A DNA stretch of 64,000 nt from an uncultured Nitrososphaerota archaeon (GTDB lineage Archaea > Thermoproteota > Nitrososphaeria > Conexivisphaerales > DTJL01): NCBI GenBank assembly GCA_963842885.1, contig CAWJIE010000003.1, forward strand, positions 480,001 through 544,000, read 5' to 3'. Positions within the stretch are counted from its first letter, which is position 1, and each line of letters begins with the position of its first letter. This document shows positions 40,365 to 50,812 of the stretch, in pieces. The notes beneath the pieces are model-generated. The model saw only the letters and a list, made by a program, of their open reading frames with translations. It ran no database searches and was not told where the DNA came from. Both the position numbers and the translations under genes were made by a program.

Positions 40365-42328
40365 GATGTTGCAACTCCGGCAAGCGCAGCCGCCAATTCT
40401 GCCTTCAACTCCTCGTAGCTCTGCTTTGCCTCCTCTATGCTCGTTCCGTCCTCCAAAGTCGTGATGTCTCCCAGCGCCCTCTCTTCGACGATGGCTCCCA
40501 GCAGGCGTCTCATGATCTTCCCGCTCCTGGTCTTGGGTAGCTTGCTGACGAAGTAGATATTCTCTGGTGCGGCTATGGACCCAAGGTTGTGTCGCACATG
40601 GTTTATCAGCTCCACTCTCAGTTGTGGCGACGCCTTGCTATCTGGCCTGAGGGTGACGAACGCCACGGGTACCTGCATCTTTATCGGGTCTGCCTTCCCT
40701 ATCACCGCCGACTCGGCCACGGCTGGATGAGAGATCAACACGTCCTCTAGCTCGGTTGTGCTGATCCTGTGGCCAGCGACCTTGAGCACCTCGTCGGCCC
40801 TCCCGAGGAACCAAAAGTAGCCATCTTCGTCTTTCATGGCATAGTCCGATGCCAGGTACATTCCAGGGATCTTCTTGAAGTATGCCTCCCTGAATCTCTT
40901 CGGGTTCTCCCAGATGGTCATGAGCTCTCCCGGCCATGGCCTCTTTATGACCATGAGGCCCTTCTCATTGGGACGAGCCGACCTACCATCTTCTGTGATG
41001 ACGTCGGCATCAACACCCGGCAGGGGGAGCGTGGCAGAGCCTGCTTTCAGTGGGATATGGGCGATCCCTGGCTGAGGGGAGACCATTATGCCTCCCGTTT
41101 CAGTCTGCCACCATGTGTCAACGATTGAACATCGGTGGTTCCCCACGTTCTTGTAATACCACTGCCAGGCCTCGGGATTGATGGGCTCGCCCACCGAACC
41201 GAGCAGACGAAGAGAGGACAGGTCGTGCTTCTTCACCCAGTCTTCCCCATACTTCATATGCATCCTGATGGAGGTCGGAGTCGTATACAGTATGGTGACG
41301 CCGTACCTTTCGATCATCTCCCACCATCTGTCAGGGGTAGGGTGATCGGGCGCGCCCTCGTACATGAACGAAGTGACACCTCTCAGAAGCGGGCCATAGA
41401 CCACGTAGGAATGGCCCGTAACCCAACCGATGTCCGCCGTGCACCAGAAGATGTCCTCGTCTTGTGCATCGAAGACCACCTTCTGTGTATAGTAGGACCA
41501 GAGCATGTAACCAGCCGTGCTGTGCACCACACCCTTGGGTGTGCCCGTCGTGCCAGACGTGTAGAGGATGTAACTGGGGTGGGTCCCCTCCAACCTTTCC
41601 GGCTCTACGGTGACTCCCGCGGGCTTCGTCAGCTCGTCATACCAGATGTCTCTGTCTTCGACCATGTTCGCTTCCCTGTTGGCCCTCCTGATGACGATTA
41701 CCTTTTCGATGGTGGAGGTTTCCTTCAGGGCCTCGTCGACCACCGACTTGAGTTCGACCAATTTCCCCCTCCTGTAGAAGCCGTCGGCCGTGATGACCGC
41801 CTTGCTCCCAGAGTCGTTGATGCGCTCGGCGACGGAATGGGCGCTGAAACCTGAGAAGATCACGGAGTGGATGGCTCCTATCCTGAGGCAGGCCAGCATG
41901 CTGATGGGGAGCTCGGGTATCATCGGCAGGTAGATGGTCACTCTGTCCTTCTTCCGGACGCCCAGCTGTTTGAGGACCCAGGCGAACCTGTTGACCTCCT
42001 TGTAGAGGTCGTAGTAGGTGAGGATGCGGCGGTCCCCGTTCTCCCCCTCCCAGTAGAAAGCGACCTTGTTCTTCCTCCAGCTCTTGACATGTCTGTCGAG
42101 GCAGTTGTACGATAGATTTGTCTCCCATTTGGGGAACCACCTTCCGTACGGGGGTTCGTCCATGCTTTCGAACACCGGCCCAGACTTCTGATACCAGAAG
42201 AGCTCGTCTGCTATATTGCGCCAAAAATTATCAGAATTCTCGAAGCTTTTGGAGTGAATCTCTCTTAGAATCTGGATGCTGGGGTGAAACCTTTCATCTG
42301 TTGGCAGCACATCCTTAACTTCTGCCAT
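40361..42328 (-). CDS. acs: Acetyl-CoA synthetase (AMP-forming)
   Basis: [33 protein letters not shown]. Confidence 0.95.
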   Translation of the reverse strand: MAEVKDVLPTDERFHPSIQILREIHSKSFENSDNFWRNIADELFWYQKSGPVFESMDEPPYGRWFPKWETNLSYNCLDRHVKSWRKNKVAFYWEGENGDRRILTYYDLYKEVNRFAWVLKQLGVRKKDRVTIYLPMIPELPISMLACLRIGAIHSVIFSGFSAHSVAERINDSGSKAVITADGFYRRGKLVELKSVVDEALKETSTIEKVIVIRRANREANMVEDRDIWYDELTKPAGVTVEPERLEGTHPSYILYTSGTTGTPKGVVHSTAGYMLWSYYTQKVVFDAQDEDIFWCTADIGWVTGHSYVVYGPLLRGVTSFMYEGAPDHPTPDRWWEMIERYGVTILYTTPTSIRMHMKYGEDWVKKHDLSSLRLLGSVGEPINPEAWQWYYKNVGNHRCSIVDTWWQTETGGIMVSPQPGIAHIPLKAGSATLPLPGVDADVITEDGRSARPNEKGLMVIKRPWPGELMTIWENPKRFREAYFKKIPGMYLASDYAMKDEDGYFWFLGRADEVLKVAGHRISTTELEDVLISHPAVAESAVIGKADPIKMQVPVAFVTLRPDSKASPQLRVELINHVRHNLGSIAAPENIYFVSKLPKTRSGKIMRRLLGAIVEERALGDITTLEDGTSIEEAKQSYEELKAELAAALAGVATS

Positions 42329-42502
42329 TGTGGTTCACGGTCTAAACACAGTCAATTTAAACCTTCGCAATTATGGCCCCCTGCGCCGACATGGTCGTAT
42401 GGTTGCTAGTCTTCAAAGAAATGGCTTGATTGCTCCCCTCTGATGCTCTAATATTACGTATGAGGCATCAAGTCGTTTGCGGAACACTGGAGCACTTGGC
42501 TG

Positions 42503-42712
42503 CTAGACTTCGACCGTGTCCCTATCCTTGGGGTCCAGGGCCTTCTTGAGTTGCTTCGTGACCCAGTCGGAGTTCTCTTCGTTCTTCAGCTCCCTGGCTG
42601 CCTCGTCCCTGGACAGCTTGTCGGCTCTCCTCTGCTCGGCCGTGTAGAGCGTGTGCATGTCCTTGTAGGCCACCCTCTTCCCCTTCGTGTCCTCCTCGAC
42701 TACGGACGACAT
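42503..42712 (-). CDS. Module gene A, intact 69-aa protein of unknown function
   Basis: MSSVVEEDTKGKRVAYKDMHTLYTAEQRRADKLSRDEAARELKNEENSDWVTKQLKKALDPKDRDTVEV; copies differ largely at third codon positions. Confidence 0.75.
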   Translation of the reverse strand: MSSVVEEDTKGKRVAYKDMHTLYTAEQRRADKLSRDEAARELKNEENSDWVTKQLKKALDPKDRDTVEV

Positions 42713-42965
42713 ACCAGCAATCATGTGGGGTGCCTCCCTTAAAGGTGCACCTATCTTCTTTCTTGACAATTGGTCATCTAACATGTCCGACGTCTCAACA
42801 TGGAGGATTCCGATCTCTCTTTCATTGATAAGCCCAGCCTCGCTTGGGCGACCCCTGGTGACCCCCGGTCGTTTCATGCTCTGTCGTCGCTAATGCACCA
42901 TAGGTCAACTCCCCGCCAACGCCGGCAGTTATTAGAGAAGTGAGGCTCAGGGTTTGCGCCCAACG

Positions 42966-43490
42966 GTGATTAGCCTCGACCCTGCCTCCCCGGTGATAAG
43001 GAAGCTCCCGCTCGAAGTGCAGTCCGTGCTGGCGAAGCTGACCAGCATCGAGAGGGAGCTCGTCGAGGAGAGCAGGGAGCACAGCTGGGTGTGGATTGGG
43101 GACACAATTGTGGGGCGACTGGTGGGGAGGGACGTCTACACCATGGATTCCTTCGAGCGCGACTTCCTTCCCTCGGACCCGCCCGCCACGAAGGAGCCCC
43201 CTCTCAGGCCGGAGGGGGTGGCGGTGATACCGGGGTTCACCTCCGGGCCATGCCAGCCCCTCCTGATAGTGGTCATGGGGGCCTACGTCGACCACGAGAA
43301 GCTCATACTGCAGACGATCGAATACGTCTCCACCCGCTGCCGGGGGGCGACGAAGTACGTCGTCTTCTACGCCATCTCTTGGAACGGCGTGGCCTGGGCC
43401 GAGCACAGGGACTCGTTCAGGGCCTCGAAGGCCGTCCCCATCCTGAAGCTGCTGGGGAGCGAACCCATCGTCCTTAATCCGATGTATTAG
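42966..43490 (+). CDS. Module gene B, ~174-aa protein of unknown function
   Basis: Intact ORF divergent from gene A; five decayed fragments elsewhere in the window. Confidence 0.8.
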   Translation: MISLDPASPVIRKLPLEVQSVLAKLTSIERELVEESREHSWVWIGDTIVGRLVGRDVYTMDSFERDFLPSDPPATKEPPLRPEGVAVIPGFTSGPCQPLLIVVMGAYVDHEKLILQTIEYVSTRCRGATKYVVFYAISWNGVAWAEHRDSFRASKAVPILKLLGSEPIVLNPMY

Positions 43491-43491
43491 T

Positions 43492-43590
43492 GATCTGAAG
43501 CTAGGCGGTATGCATACCTATTACGGGTTCAAGTCTGAATGAGGGCGATACAAGGTATTCATAATGTGAACTTGTGACATCAAAGACATC
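43492..43590 (+). repeat. Motif E downstream of gene B
   Basis: ggcggtatgcatacctattacgggttcaagtc; copies at 62722 and 59203. Confidence 0.75.
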
Positions 43591-43697
43591 GAGGAATGTT
43601 GTCGAGGATTTCGATCATACGCATGCCTGTCTCACTCCCTGCCGCAACTCGCCCGGCCTTCCTAAGCCTGCCCGGAGGAAGGAAGAGATCTGACCGA

Positions 43698-44366
43698 TTA
43701 GCTGTATCCCTTCGAAACCAATACGTAGAGGACGTCCGACGCGTCCTCGGCATTGTCTGACACGTTGTCGACCATGTCGATGAAATCCCTGAGCTGCAGC
43801 ACGGAGAGGACCGAGACCTTCAGGGTGAATACCAGCTCGATGAGTGTGTCCTTGATGGAGTCCGCAGCCTCCTCATACTCTTCGACCTCCCGGGCGTACC
43901 GCAGGAGCTCCCCGTTCCTCTTGCCAAGGGTCTCGATGGCTTCGCGCAAGGAGGATACCGCCTTCACGGTCACGGCCAGGTGTTCCTTGACCTTGTCTCC
44001 TATGGGCGCCAGCTCGGAGGCTTCGAGGCGCCTCTGAGTGATTATCTTCCCCGCGGTCTTGGCGCTGTCGGCCACTCCGTCGACCTTCTCTGCCAGGTTC
44101 ATGAAGTCCGTGCCAAGGTTGGAGAAGAAGACGCCGTTGGAGAGCATCTCGACCAGGCGCCGATGGACGTGGTCGGCCTCCGTCTCGGCCTTGTCTATGT
44201 CCAGATAAGTGAAGTACGCGGTCTTGGGGTCGCCGGCCATGAGCTCGTCGACGACTCTTTCCAGAAGGCGCGTCGCCGACAGACTGAGCTCGACGTGGAC
44301 CATGAGCAGCTCGAGGATCTCCTTCTCTCCCGCGCTGAAAGGATGCAGCCACTTTAGGGGGTTCAC
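43698..44366 (-). CDS. DUF47/PhoU-like phosphate transport regulator
   Basis: E.EAD repeats, D.V.D.AEDA.D. Confidence 0.85.
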   Translation of the reverse strand: MNPLKWLHPFSAGEKEILELLMVHVELSLSATRLLERVVDELMAGDPKTAYFTYLDIDKAETEADHVHRRLVEMLSNGVFFSNLGTDFMNLAEKVDGVADSAKTAGKIITQRRLEASELAPIGDKVKEHLAVTVKAVSSLREAIETLGKRNGELLRYAREVEEYEEAADSIKDTLIELVFTLKVSVLSVLQLRDFIDMVDNVSDNAEDASDVLYVLVSKGYS

Positions 44367-44549
44367 GGCCGGGATCCTTTGGATTTGTGGTCGGAGACGG
44401 CCTATAAATGCCTAGGCCGGGGCACTACTACGGCGCCAGGCCGAAGGTCTCCCTGTCTCCTCAGACGCCGGCTCGACTGACAGGCTCTCGGAACATTTAA
44501 TTATCGACCGTCAGCCGAGTTTCTACACTAGGACCGAGATGCTAGTGCT

Positions 44550-46010
44550 TTGGCGTTCGGAAGGAAGAAGAAGGCGCGAGATTCAGAGGGAGGCCTCGGG
44601 GAGGACGCCTATGGTCTCAAGAGGGAGATCGGGGTCTGGGGCTCCTTCAGCATGGGCTACGCGGACGTCGGCGCTGACGTCTATGTGGCCCTGGGCATCC
44701 TCGCACTCTACGCCCACGCCTACGCGCCAATCGCCCTCCTGATCGCTTCAATCACCTACGTCACGACCGGCCTCACCTACGCCGAGCTGGCCACTCGCTA
44801 CCCGGTGGCGGGCGGGGGTCACTTCTACGCCTTGAAGGCCTTCGGTCCCCTGCACGGCTTCCTGGCCGGATGGGGCCTGATGCTCGACTACACCATAGAC
44901 ATAGCCCTCTTCGCCCTGGCGTCCTCGGGCTACCTCGGTGCCATAGTGCAGGTAGTCGCCCACACGGACATCCTCCTGCGGCCTCCCTGGTACAGCATCA
45001 TGGCGGTGGTGGTCATCGTGGCCCTCCTCCTGTTGAACATCGTCGGCATACGCTACTCGTCGAGGTTCAACGAATTGGTGGTGGCGCTCAACATCGTCAC
45101 CTTCCTGGTGATAATCCTGATCGGCTTCTACGTCGCGTATCTCGCCGGGGGCATCTCCTCCTGGACCTCCCAGTTGGAGCCGGGCTACATGGGGACGTCC
45201 AGCTTCGCCTATTCGCTCACCCTGGCCATGGCGTCCTTCATCGGCATCGAGTCCATCTCGCAGGCCGCCGAAGAGACGAAGACGCCGAACAAGGTGATCC
45301 CGAAGTCCACGAAGCTGTCGATAGTGGCGGTGCTCACCATAGCCCTGGCCCTCAGCTTCCTGTCCGTGAGCCTGCTGCCGTGGCAGACGACGGCCAACTC
45401 CTCCCAGAACCCGCTCTTCGTCATAACCGCCGCGTTCCCGCTGATAGGAGGAGGGCTGGCCGCCTGGGTCGCGATCAACGGGTTCTTGATGTGTGCGGTG
45501 TCCACCAACACTGGCGTCATAGGCGTGTCGCGCGTCACCTTCTCGATGGGCCGGCTGAACCTCACCCCGCGGGTATTCAGCAAGATACACAGGCGCTTCA
45601 GGACACCCTACGTCACCATAATACTGTTCTCGGGCGTCGCCGCCTCGATCCTGCTCTTCAACATATTCCTGCCTGGCGACGAGCTCCTCGACCTGGTGGC
45701 CTCCCTTTACAATTTCGGGGCCCTCATAGCCTACCTCTACGTGAACCTCTCGGCCGTCGCGCTGAGGTTCAAGGAGACGGAGAAGGCCGATTCATACAAG
45801 ACGCCCCTCAACTTCGGGGTGAACTACCATGGAAGGACGGTCAGGGTTTCGCTCGTCTCGATCATCGGCGTAGTCTCCTGCGCGGCCATGTGGGTCATCC
45901 TGGTCTGGACCCATCCGCTGGGGAGGATCGTCGGCTTCGCGTGGTTCGCGGTGGGCATCGTGATGTACTTCCTGTACAGGAGGGCCAGGGGCCTCCAGGT
46001 CCTGAGGTGA
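44550..46010 (+). CDS. APC family amino acid permease
   Basis: YAEL...PVAGG, GIESISQAAEE, HRRFRTPY, ~12 TMs. Confidence 0.9.
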   Translation: MAFGRKKKARDSEGGLGEDAYGLKREIGVWGSFSMGYADVGADVYVALGILALYAHAYAPIALLIASITYVTTGLTYAELATRYPVAGGGHFYALKAFGPLHGFLAGWGLMLDYTIDIALFALASSGYLGAIVQVVAHTDILLRPPWYSIMAVVVIVALLLLNIVGIRYSSRFNELVVALNIVTFLVIILIGFYVAYLAGGISSWTSQLEPGYMGTSSFAYSLTLAMASFIGIESISQAAEETKTPNKVIPKSTKLSIVAVLTIALALSFLSVSLLPWQTTANSSQNPLFVITAAFPLIGGGLAAWVAINGFLMCAVSTNTGVIGVSRVTFSMGRLNLTPRVFSKIHRRFRTPYVTIILFSGVAASILLFNIFLPGDELLDLVASLYNFGALIAYLYVNLSAVALRFKETEKADSYKTPLNFGVNYHGRTVRVSLVSIIGVVSCAAMWVILVWTHPLGRIVGFAWFAVGIVMYFLYRRARGLQVLR

Positions 46011-46120
46011 TGGAGATGGAGGCCACGGGATCGTTGAGCCACTCCTCCGCACTCGGCCCATCGACGGCACGAGACAAAAACATAAGAGCCTCTCCTTCGC
46101 ATTCACTAGACAGAGAGACC

Positions 46121-46993
46121 GTGGGGGAGAAGGCGATCGAGTGGGGTTGGAGCGACAGCCCCATCATATTGCCCCTGGCCTTCGACAGCAGAGAATGGAA
46201 CGCCGCCTACATCGCGGCCCACGTCGCCGAGTGTTGCGGTGCGACCCTGGTCGTCTTCCATGTGAGACCGAAGGGAGAGCGAATCGACACTGGCTTCAAG
46301 GCGGAATTCGATGATCTAATTTCGACCCTGAAGATAAAGCACGAATACGAGGAGAAGGAGGTCAAAGGCGAACCCCCATTCCAGACCATCGCCGAGCTCA
46401 TAGTCCGCGAAGTGGAGACTCGGTCGGCGCAGGCCGTCATAATGGCCGCCCACAAGGAGGGTTTCCTAGTGGGGAGGGTCTCGGACAGGGTGGCTCGTAT
46501 GAACAGGGCGAGGACGGTCCTCGTGGAGACCCCGCGACGGGAGACCAGGATGGCCGAGCACCCGAAGAAGGTCCTCGTCCTCGTCAAGGAGAAGACCAAG
46601 CCCAGCGACGCGTTCATCCTAGCGGCGGCGCTGACCTCCCTCGCGACGACGAGGGACGCGGAGCTCGTGGCGGCACAGGCCATCATCCTCCCTCCCACCG
46701 TGCCCCTCGAAGCGATCGAGTTCTCCGACACCTTGAAGGAAGCGGAGAGGGAGTTCGCCTTCGTGGTGGGCGACAGCATTCGCTCGCTGGGGAGGATCTT
46801 CACCCCGCGAGTCCTTGTGTCTCGTGAACTGGGGAGGGACGTAGGAGAATTCGCCGTATCGGAGAGGATAGACCTGATGATCCTCACCGGAAGGGGAGCG
46901 CGTGACTTCACAAGCCTATTCGGCAGAGACACCACCGACATCGTAAAGAACTCGCCCTGCGTCGTGCTCGTGGTCTTCCCGCAACGCGCCTAG
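46121..46993 (+). CDS. Tandem universal stress protein domains
   Basis: G.VSDRVAR and IVKNSPCVVLVV; start 46121 or 46010. Confidence 0.8.
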   Translation: MGEKAIEWGWSDSPIILPLAFDSREWNAAYIAAHVAECCGATLVVFHVRPKGERIDTGFKAEFDDLISTLKIKHEYEEKEVKGEPPFQTIAELIVREVETRSAQAVIMAAHKEGFLVGRVSDRVARMNRARTVLVETPRRETRMAEHPKKVLVLVKEKTKPSDAFILAAALTSLATTRDAELVAAQAIILPPTVPLEAIEFSDTLKEAEREFAFVVGDSIRSLGRIFTPRVLVSRELGRDVGEFAVSERIDLMILTGRGARDFTSLFGRDTTDIVKNSPCVVLVVFPQRA

Positions 46994-47113
46994 GCTTCGA
47001 GGATGTTCGGGTCCTTCGGGTCCAGGACCTTCTTGAGCTGCTTCGTGACCCAGGCGGAGTTCTCTTGGTTCCTCAGCTCCTTGGCGGCCTCATCCCTAGA
47101 AAGCCAGTCGGCC
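46990..47113 (-). repeat. Module gene A 3' fragment sharing CTAG with the USP stop
   Basis: DWLSRDEAAKELRNQENSAWVTKQLKKVLDPKDPNILEA*. Confidence 0.92.
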
Positions 47114-47169
47114 GCGGGTCCCCTCCACAAAGTTAAGATAGGAATCCGAAACCATCTTTCTCTGACGGC

Positions 47170-48795
47170 TTGCCCGAGATAGAGGTAAAGGGACTCTCTT
47201 TCACGTATGAGAACCGTTCGGAGCCAGCCTTGGCCGACGTCAACCTGAGCATCGGTAGTGAGGAGTTCGTCCTCGTCGCCGGTGCTAGCGGGTCGGGAAA
47301 GTCCACCTTGATAAAATGCATCAACGGTCTCATACCGCACCGGTACGTCGGCAGCTACTCCGGAGAGGTGGCGATCAGGGGAAAGCCTGTGGCCTCTTCG
47401 CTGTTCCTAGAGCTTTCGCTTACCGTAGGGACCGTGTTGCAGGAGACAGACAAACAGCTAGTGGGCTCAAAGGTGGAGGATGACATAGCCTTCGGCCCCT
47501 GCAACCTCGCCCTCACCATTCCGGAGGTCGAGGAGCGGGTCACAGCTAGCGTGCAGTCCACGGGGATGGAAGGCCTCCGGGGGCGCTCCATCTTCGCCCT
47601 TTCGGGAGGGCAGAAACAGAGGCTGGCCATAGCCGACACTTTGGCCATGCGGCCCGACATCATTCTCTTCGACGAGCCCCTCGCCAATTTGGACTCCAAC
47701 GGCGTCAGGCTGATGCAGGAGGTCTTCAGGGAGTTCCACCGGCAGCACAAGACAATCATCGTCTCCGAGCACAGGACGGAGGAGGTCCTTCGCGCTGGGC
47801 CCACCAGGGTCGTCGTAATAGACAGGGGTCACATAATGGCCGACAGCAGAGACCCGGCCGTCCTCATTCAGTTCGCCGACGTGCTGAAGGTCCCCGCAAG
47901 CTACGCCCTCAAGAACGAAGAGGTGAGGGAGAACCTTCTGCGTGCGACCAGTGCGCCCGCCATCGCGGCGCCCCAGGCCTCCCAGGAGCTCATCAGGGTC
48001 GAAGACCTGAGCTACGAATACCGAGGAGGGGTTAGGGCCCTCGACCACGTCAGCTTCTCCATCCGTGACGGAGAAAGGCTGGCCATCCTTGGAAACAACG
48101 GAGCGGGCAAGTCCACCCTTTCGCTCAACATGGTCGGGATACTCAAGCCCACCTCCGGCAGGGTTCTGATTAACGGCAAGGACACTCGTCAGATGGAGGT
48201 TTCTGAGATCGCAAAGTGGATGGGCCTCGTCTTCCAGGATCCCTTCTCCATGCTGTTCGCCAAGACGGTCTATGACGAGCTCGCCTTCGGGCCTAAGAAC
48301 ATCGGCGCGAAAGAAGAGGAGATCAGGAGCGTCGTCCCCGAGGTGGCGAAGCAGTGCCTGATAGACCACCTCCTGGACAGGTCACCCTTCGCCTCCAGCT
48401 ATGGCGAAAAGAGGAGGATAGGGGTGGGCTCCATCCTTACCATGAAGCCTCGTTGCGTCATCCTGGATGAGCCGACGGCGGGTCAGGACTACCGGAGCTA
48501 TTCGCATTTCATGGATTTCATAGGCTCGCTGAAGGGGAGGGTGAGCGCTTCTGTGGTCATCACTCACGACCCCGACCTGGCGATAGAATACACAGACAGG
48601 GCCATCGTCCTGGGGGACGGGCGCGTGGTGGCCGATGGTCCCACACGGGAGGTGTTGGCAGACCCCTCCATCCTGTCGACCTGCGCCATCCGGGAGACCT
48701 CGCTCATCGAGCTCTCCAGGGAGGTCACCGGGGGGAGGAGCGTGCTTGGGCTCCGACAGCTGGCGGAGGCCCTGGCGAGGCGGGGAGAGGGTTAA
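47170..48795 (+). CDS. ECF transporter fused double ATPase
   Basis: Two ABC domains, GASGSGKS and GNNGAGKS, DEPTAGQD. Confidence 0.92.
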   Translation: MPEIEVKGLSFTYENRSEPALADVNLSIGSEEFVLVAGASGSGKSTLIKCINGLIPHRYVGSYSGEVAIRGKPVASSLFLELSLTVGTVLQETDKQLVGSKVEDDIAFGPCNLALTIPEVEERVTASVQSTGMEGLRGRSIFALSGGQKQRLAIADTLAMRPDIILFDEPLANLDSNGVRLMQEVFREFHRQHKTIIVSEHRTEEVLRAGPTRVVVIDRGHIMADSRDPAVLIQFADVLKVPASYALKNEEVRENLLRATSAPAIAAPQASQELIRVEDLSYEYRGGVRALDHVSFSIRDGERLAILGNNGAGKSTLSLNMVGILKPTSGRVLINGKDTRQMEVSEIAKWMGLVFQDPFSMLFAKTVYDELAFGPKNIGAKEEEIRSVVPEVAKQCLIDHLLDRSPFASSYGEKRRIGVGSILTMKPRCVILDEPTAGQDYRSYSHFMDFIGSLKGRVSASVVITHDPDLAIEYTDRAIVLGDGRVVADGPTREVLADPSILSTCAIRETSLIELSREVTGGRSVLGLRQLAEALARRGEG

Positions 48796-48831
48796 TTAAC
48801 GCAAAGCGCCCATGCATAACAGGGGACTGTT

Positions 48832-49422
48832 TTGGGAGCACCGACGACGGGAACTGCTACACCTCAGCCTAGGGAGTCGCTCTTTTCGGCCAAGCAGATC
48901 GTAGCCATGGCACTGGGCACCGCACTTTACGCTGGCCTTACGATACCCTTCAACGTCCTTCAGATACCGGGCGTGGGCTTGATAGCTATCAGGCCCACCA
49001 TCGCCATCCCCATCATCTTCGGAATCGTCTTCGGCCCCGTCACTGGCTTCGTGGTAGGCTTGCTCGGGAACTCGATCGCGGACGTACTCTCCTTTGGTGG
49101 CTTCTTCTGGAACTGGGACCTCGGGAACGGGATAATCGGGCTCGTCGCAGGCGTCGGCTTCTACATCATCGCCCGCCGACAGTGGGCGAAGGGCAGGGGC
49201 CTCACCATGGCACTCGTGCTGTCCGTAGTCGCTTCGCTGGTGGGCATAGGGTTCGCCGCGGTTACGGACTACATATTCTCGATCGGCCTCAATACGTGGG
49301 GGGCGGCGCTGTCTGAGTTCTACACAGCCGGTGGAACGGACGCGGTGAACGGCGCCATCCTGGTTCCGATACTCCTCTACGCGTACGCCACGGCCACAGC
49401 CGGAAGGGCGAGAAGAGTGTAA
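48832..49422 (+). CDS. ECF transporter S component
   Basis: IVA.ALGTALYA, FGP..GF.VG..GN, WNWD.GNG. Confidence 0.85.
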   Translation: MGAPTTGTATPQPRESLFSAKQIVAMALGTALYAGLTIPFNVLQIPGVGLIAIRPTIAIPIIFGIVFGPVTGFVVGLLGNSIADVLSFGGFFWNWDLGNGIIGLVAGVGFYIIARRQWAKGRGLTMALVLSVVASLVGIGFAAVTDYIFSIGLNTWGAALSEFYTAGGTDAVNGAILVPILLYAYATATAGRARRV

Positions 49423-49443
49423 TGGCGCATCATCTGATGCACA

Positions 49444-50252
49444 ATGACAACGATCAGGAACTTCCCAGGCAACACGTTCCTACATAGGCTGGACCCACGA
49501 AACAAGTTTTTTCTGATCCTCCTCTACATATTCATAGAGGTGACCTTCACCGACATCAGGGTCCTGGTCCTCCCCTTCGTGGCCTCCATCATCCTCTACC
49601 TGTCGGCCAAGATACCTTTCAAGGAGGTCAAGTCCTCCTGGAAGTTCCTGCTCACGATCATCGTAGTCATATCGACGGTGAACGCGCTATTCACCCTCCT
49701 CGGCGCCAGCGTCGCGCACCCCCATGTCATCGCCAGGTTCTGGGTCCTCACGCTCACGGAGGAAGGGGCCTTCTTCGCCCTGGCGGCCCTGATGAGGTTC
49801 ATGTCCGTGGCCATCATAGCTATGACGGTCATCTTCACCACCGAGCCGACGCTCTACGCCCCAGCCCTTGCCAAGCTGGGAGTCCCCTACAAGGGAGCCT
49901 TCGTGGTGGACCTGGCGCTCCGCTACCTCCCCACCTACGCGAATGAGCTCGATACGACCCTCAACGCCCAGATGGCCAGGGGCTACAAAGCCAGGGCCAA
50001 GGGGGGTTTGAGGGCGCGCATCATCAACACCATTCCGCTGCTGGTCCCCGTCGCCGTAGGCGCCATGCTCTCCATCTACGACGTGGCCGACGCCATGGAG
50101 CTTCGGTCGTTCGGGGCCATGAAGCACAGGACATGGTACAGGGAGGTCAAGGCTAAGGGATCGATTACGCCGCCTTCGCGGTGATCGCGATACTTCTGGT
50201 GGTGGCGATCTACCTCCGCACCCGGATCACTACCTATTGGATACCCAGCTAG
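49444..50252 (+). CDS. ECF transporter T component, frameshift near 50155
   Basis: LHRLDPR, AQMARG, AMELRSF; final TM (DYAAFAVIAILLVVAIYLR) lies in a shifted frame ending 50252. Confidence 0.85.
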
Positions 50253-50272
50253 GTCGTACCTTCGTCCGGCTG

Positions 50273-50323
50273 GCGTCCCCGTCCTTGGGGTCCGAGCCGG
50301 TGATACTGAACCCTATGTACTGA
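50273..50323. repeat. Collapsed module scar: gene A 3' end joined to gene B 3' end
   Basis: gtccccgtccttggggtcc (A) continues as LGSEPVILNPMY* (B). Confidence 0.85.
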
Positions 50324-50330
50324 TGGCCTG

Positions 50331-50690
50331 TCAGCCGTACATGTCTTTCTGCTTGATGTCCTCTCTCATCTTCGTGACCGTTTCCTGAGCGGCCTCCTCC
50401 TTCATGCTCTCGACTATGAAGTTGGCAACCTCATCGGGGTACCTGTAGAAGAGCTTCTCCACGCCCGACCATAGGACGCCCGAAGATTCCGAGTCGACCC
50501 CTCTGCCGCCGGTGACCAGCGTCCTGAGCATGTCGCTCATCCCCTGGGCGATGATGAGGCCGAAGTACCCGTCGTCGTCCAGCTCCTCGCCCATGAGCTG
50601 GTCCGCGATGGCCCTGAACGCCTTCACGAGTTTTGCGTCCCTCTCCGGGAGCTTGAATTCGAACCGCGTTCCTTCTGATTCCTGGCCCAT
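50331..50690 (-). CDS. Hypothetical protein
   Basis: 119 aa from ATG 50690; coding-like composition. Confidence 0.65.
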   Translation of the reverse strand: MGQESEGTRFEFKLPERDAKLVKAFRAIADQLMGEELDDDGYFGLIIAQGMSDMLRTLVTGGRGVDSESSGVLWSGVEKLFYRYPDEVANFIVESMKEEAAQETVTKMREDIKQKDMYG

Positions 50691-50812
50691 ATCACACTCA
50701 TAATCTAAGTGACCCTCCGTTCCATTTCTATGTTTCGGGAGTACCCCATGTTCCAAGAGCACGGTCTTAATCAATGCCGCTCGTCATGGACCGTTCGGGG
50801 CCTGCCTGCAAG

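Noticed and set aside
42713-42877. Longer 124-aa form of gene A
   Set aside because: Similarity to the 53088-53190 copy falls sharply upstream of MSSVV; treated as upstream region, though not fully excluded.
42496-43590. Module as a classical IS or MITE
   Set aside because: No recognisable DDE, HUH or serine/tyrosine recombinase motifs, no terminal inverted repeats or target duplications seen, and strict co-orientation is atypical.
44870-46993. 707-aa ORF
   Set aside because: The N-terminal part is an alternate-frame shadow of the APC permease; only the USP portion looks real.
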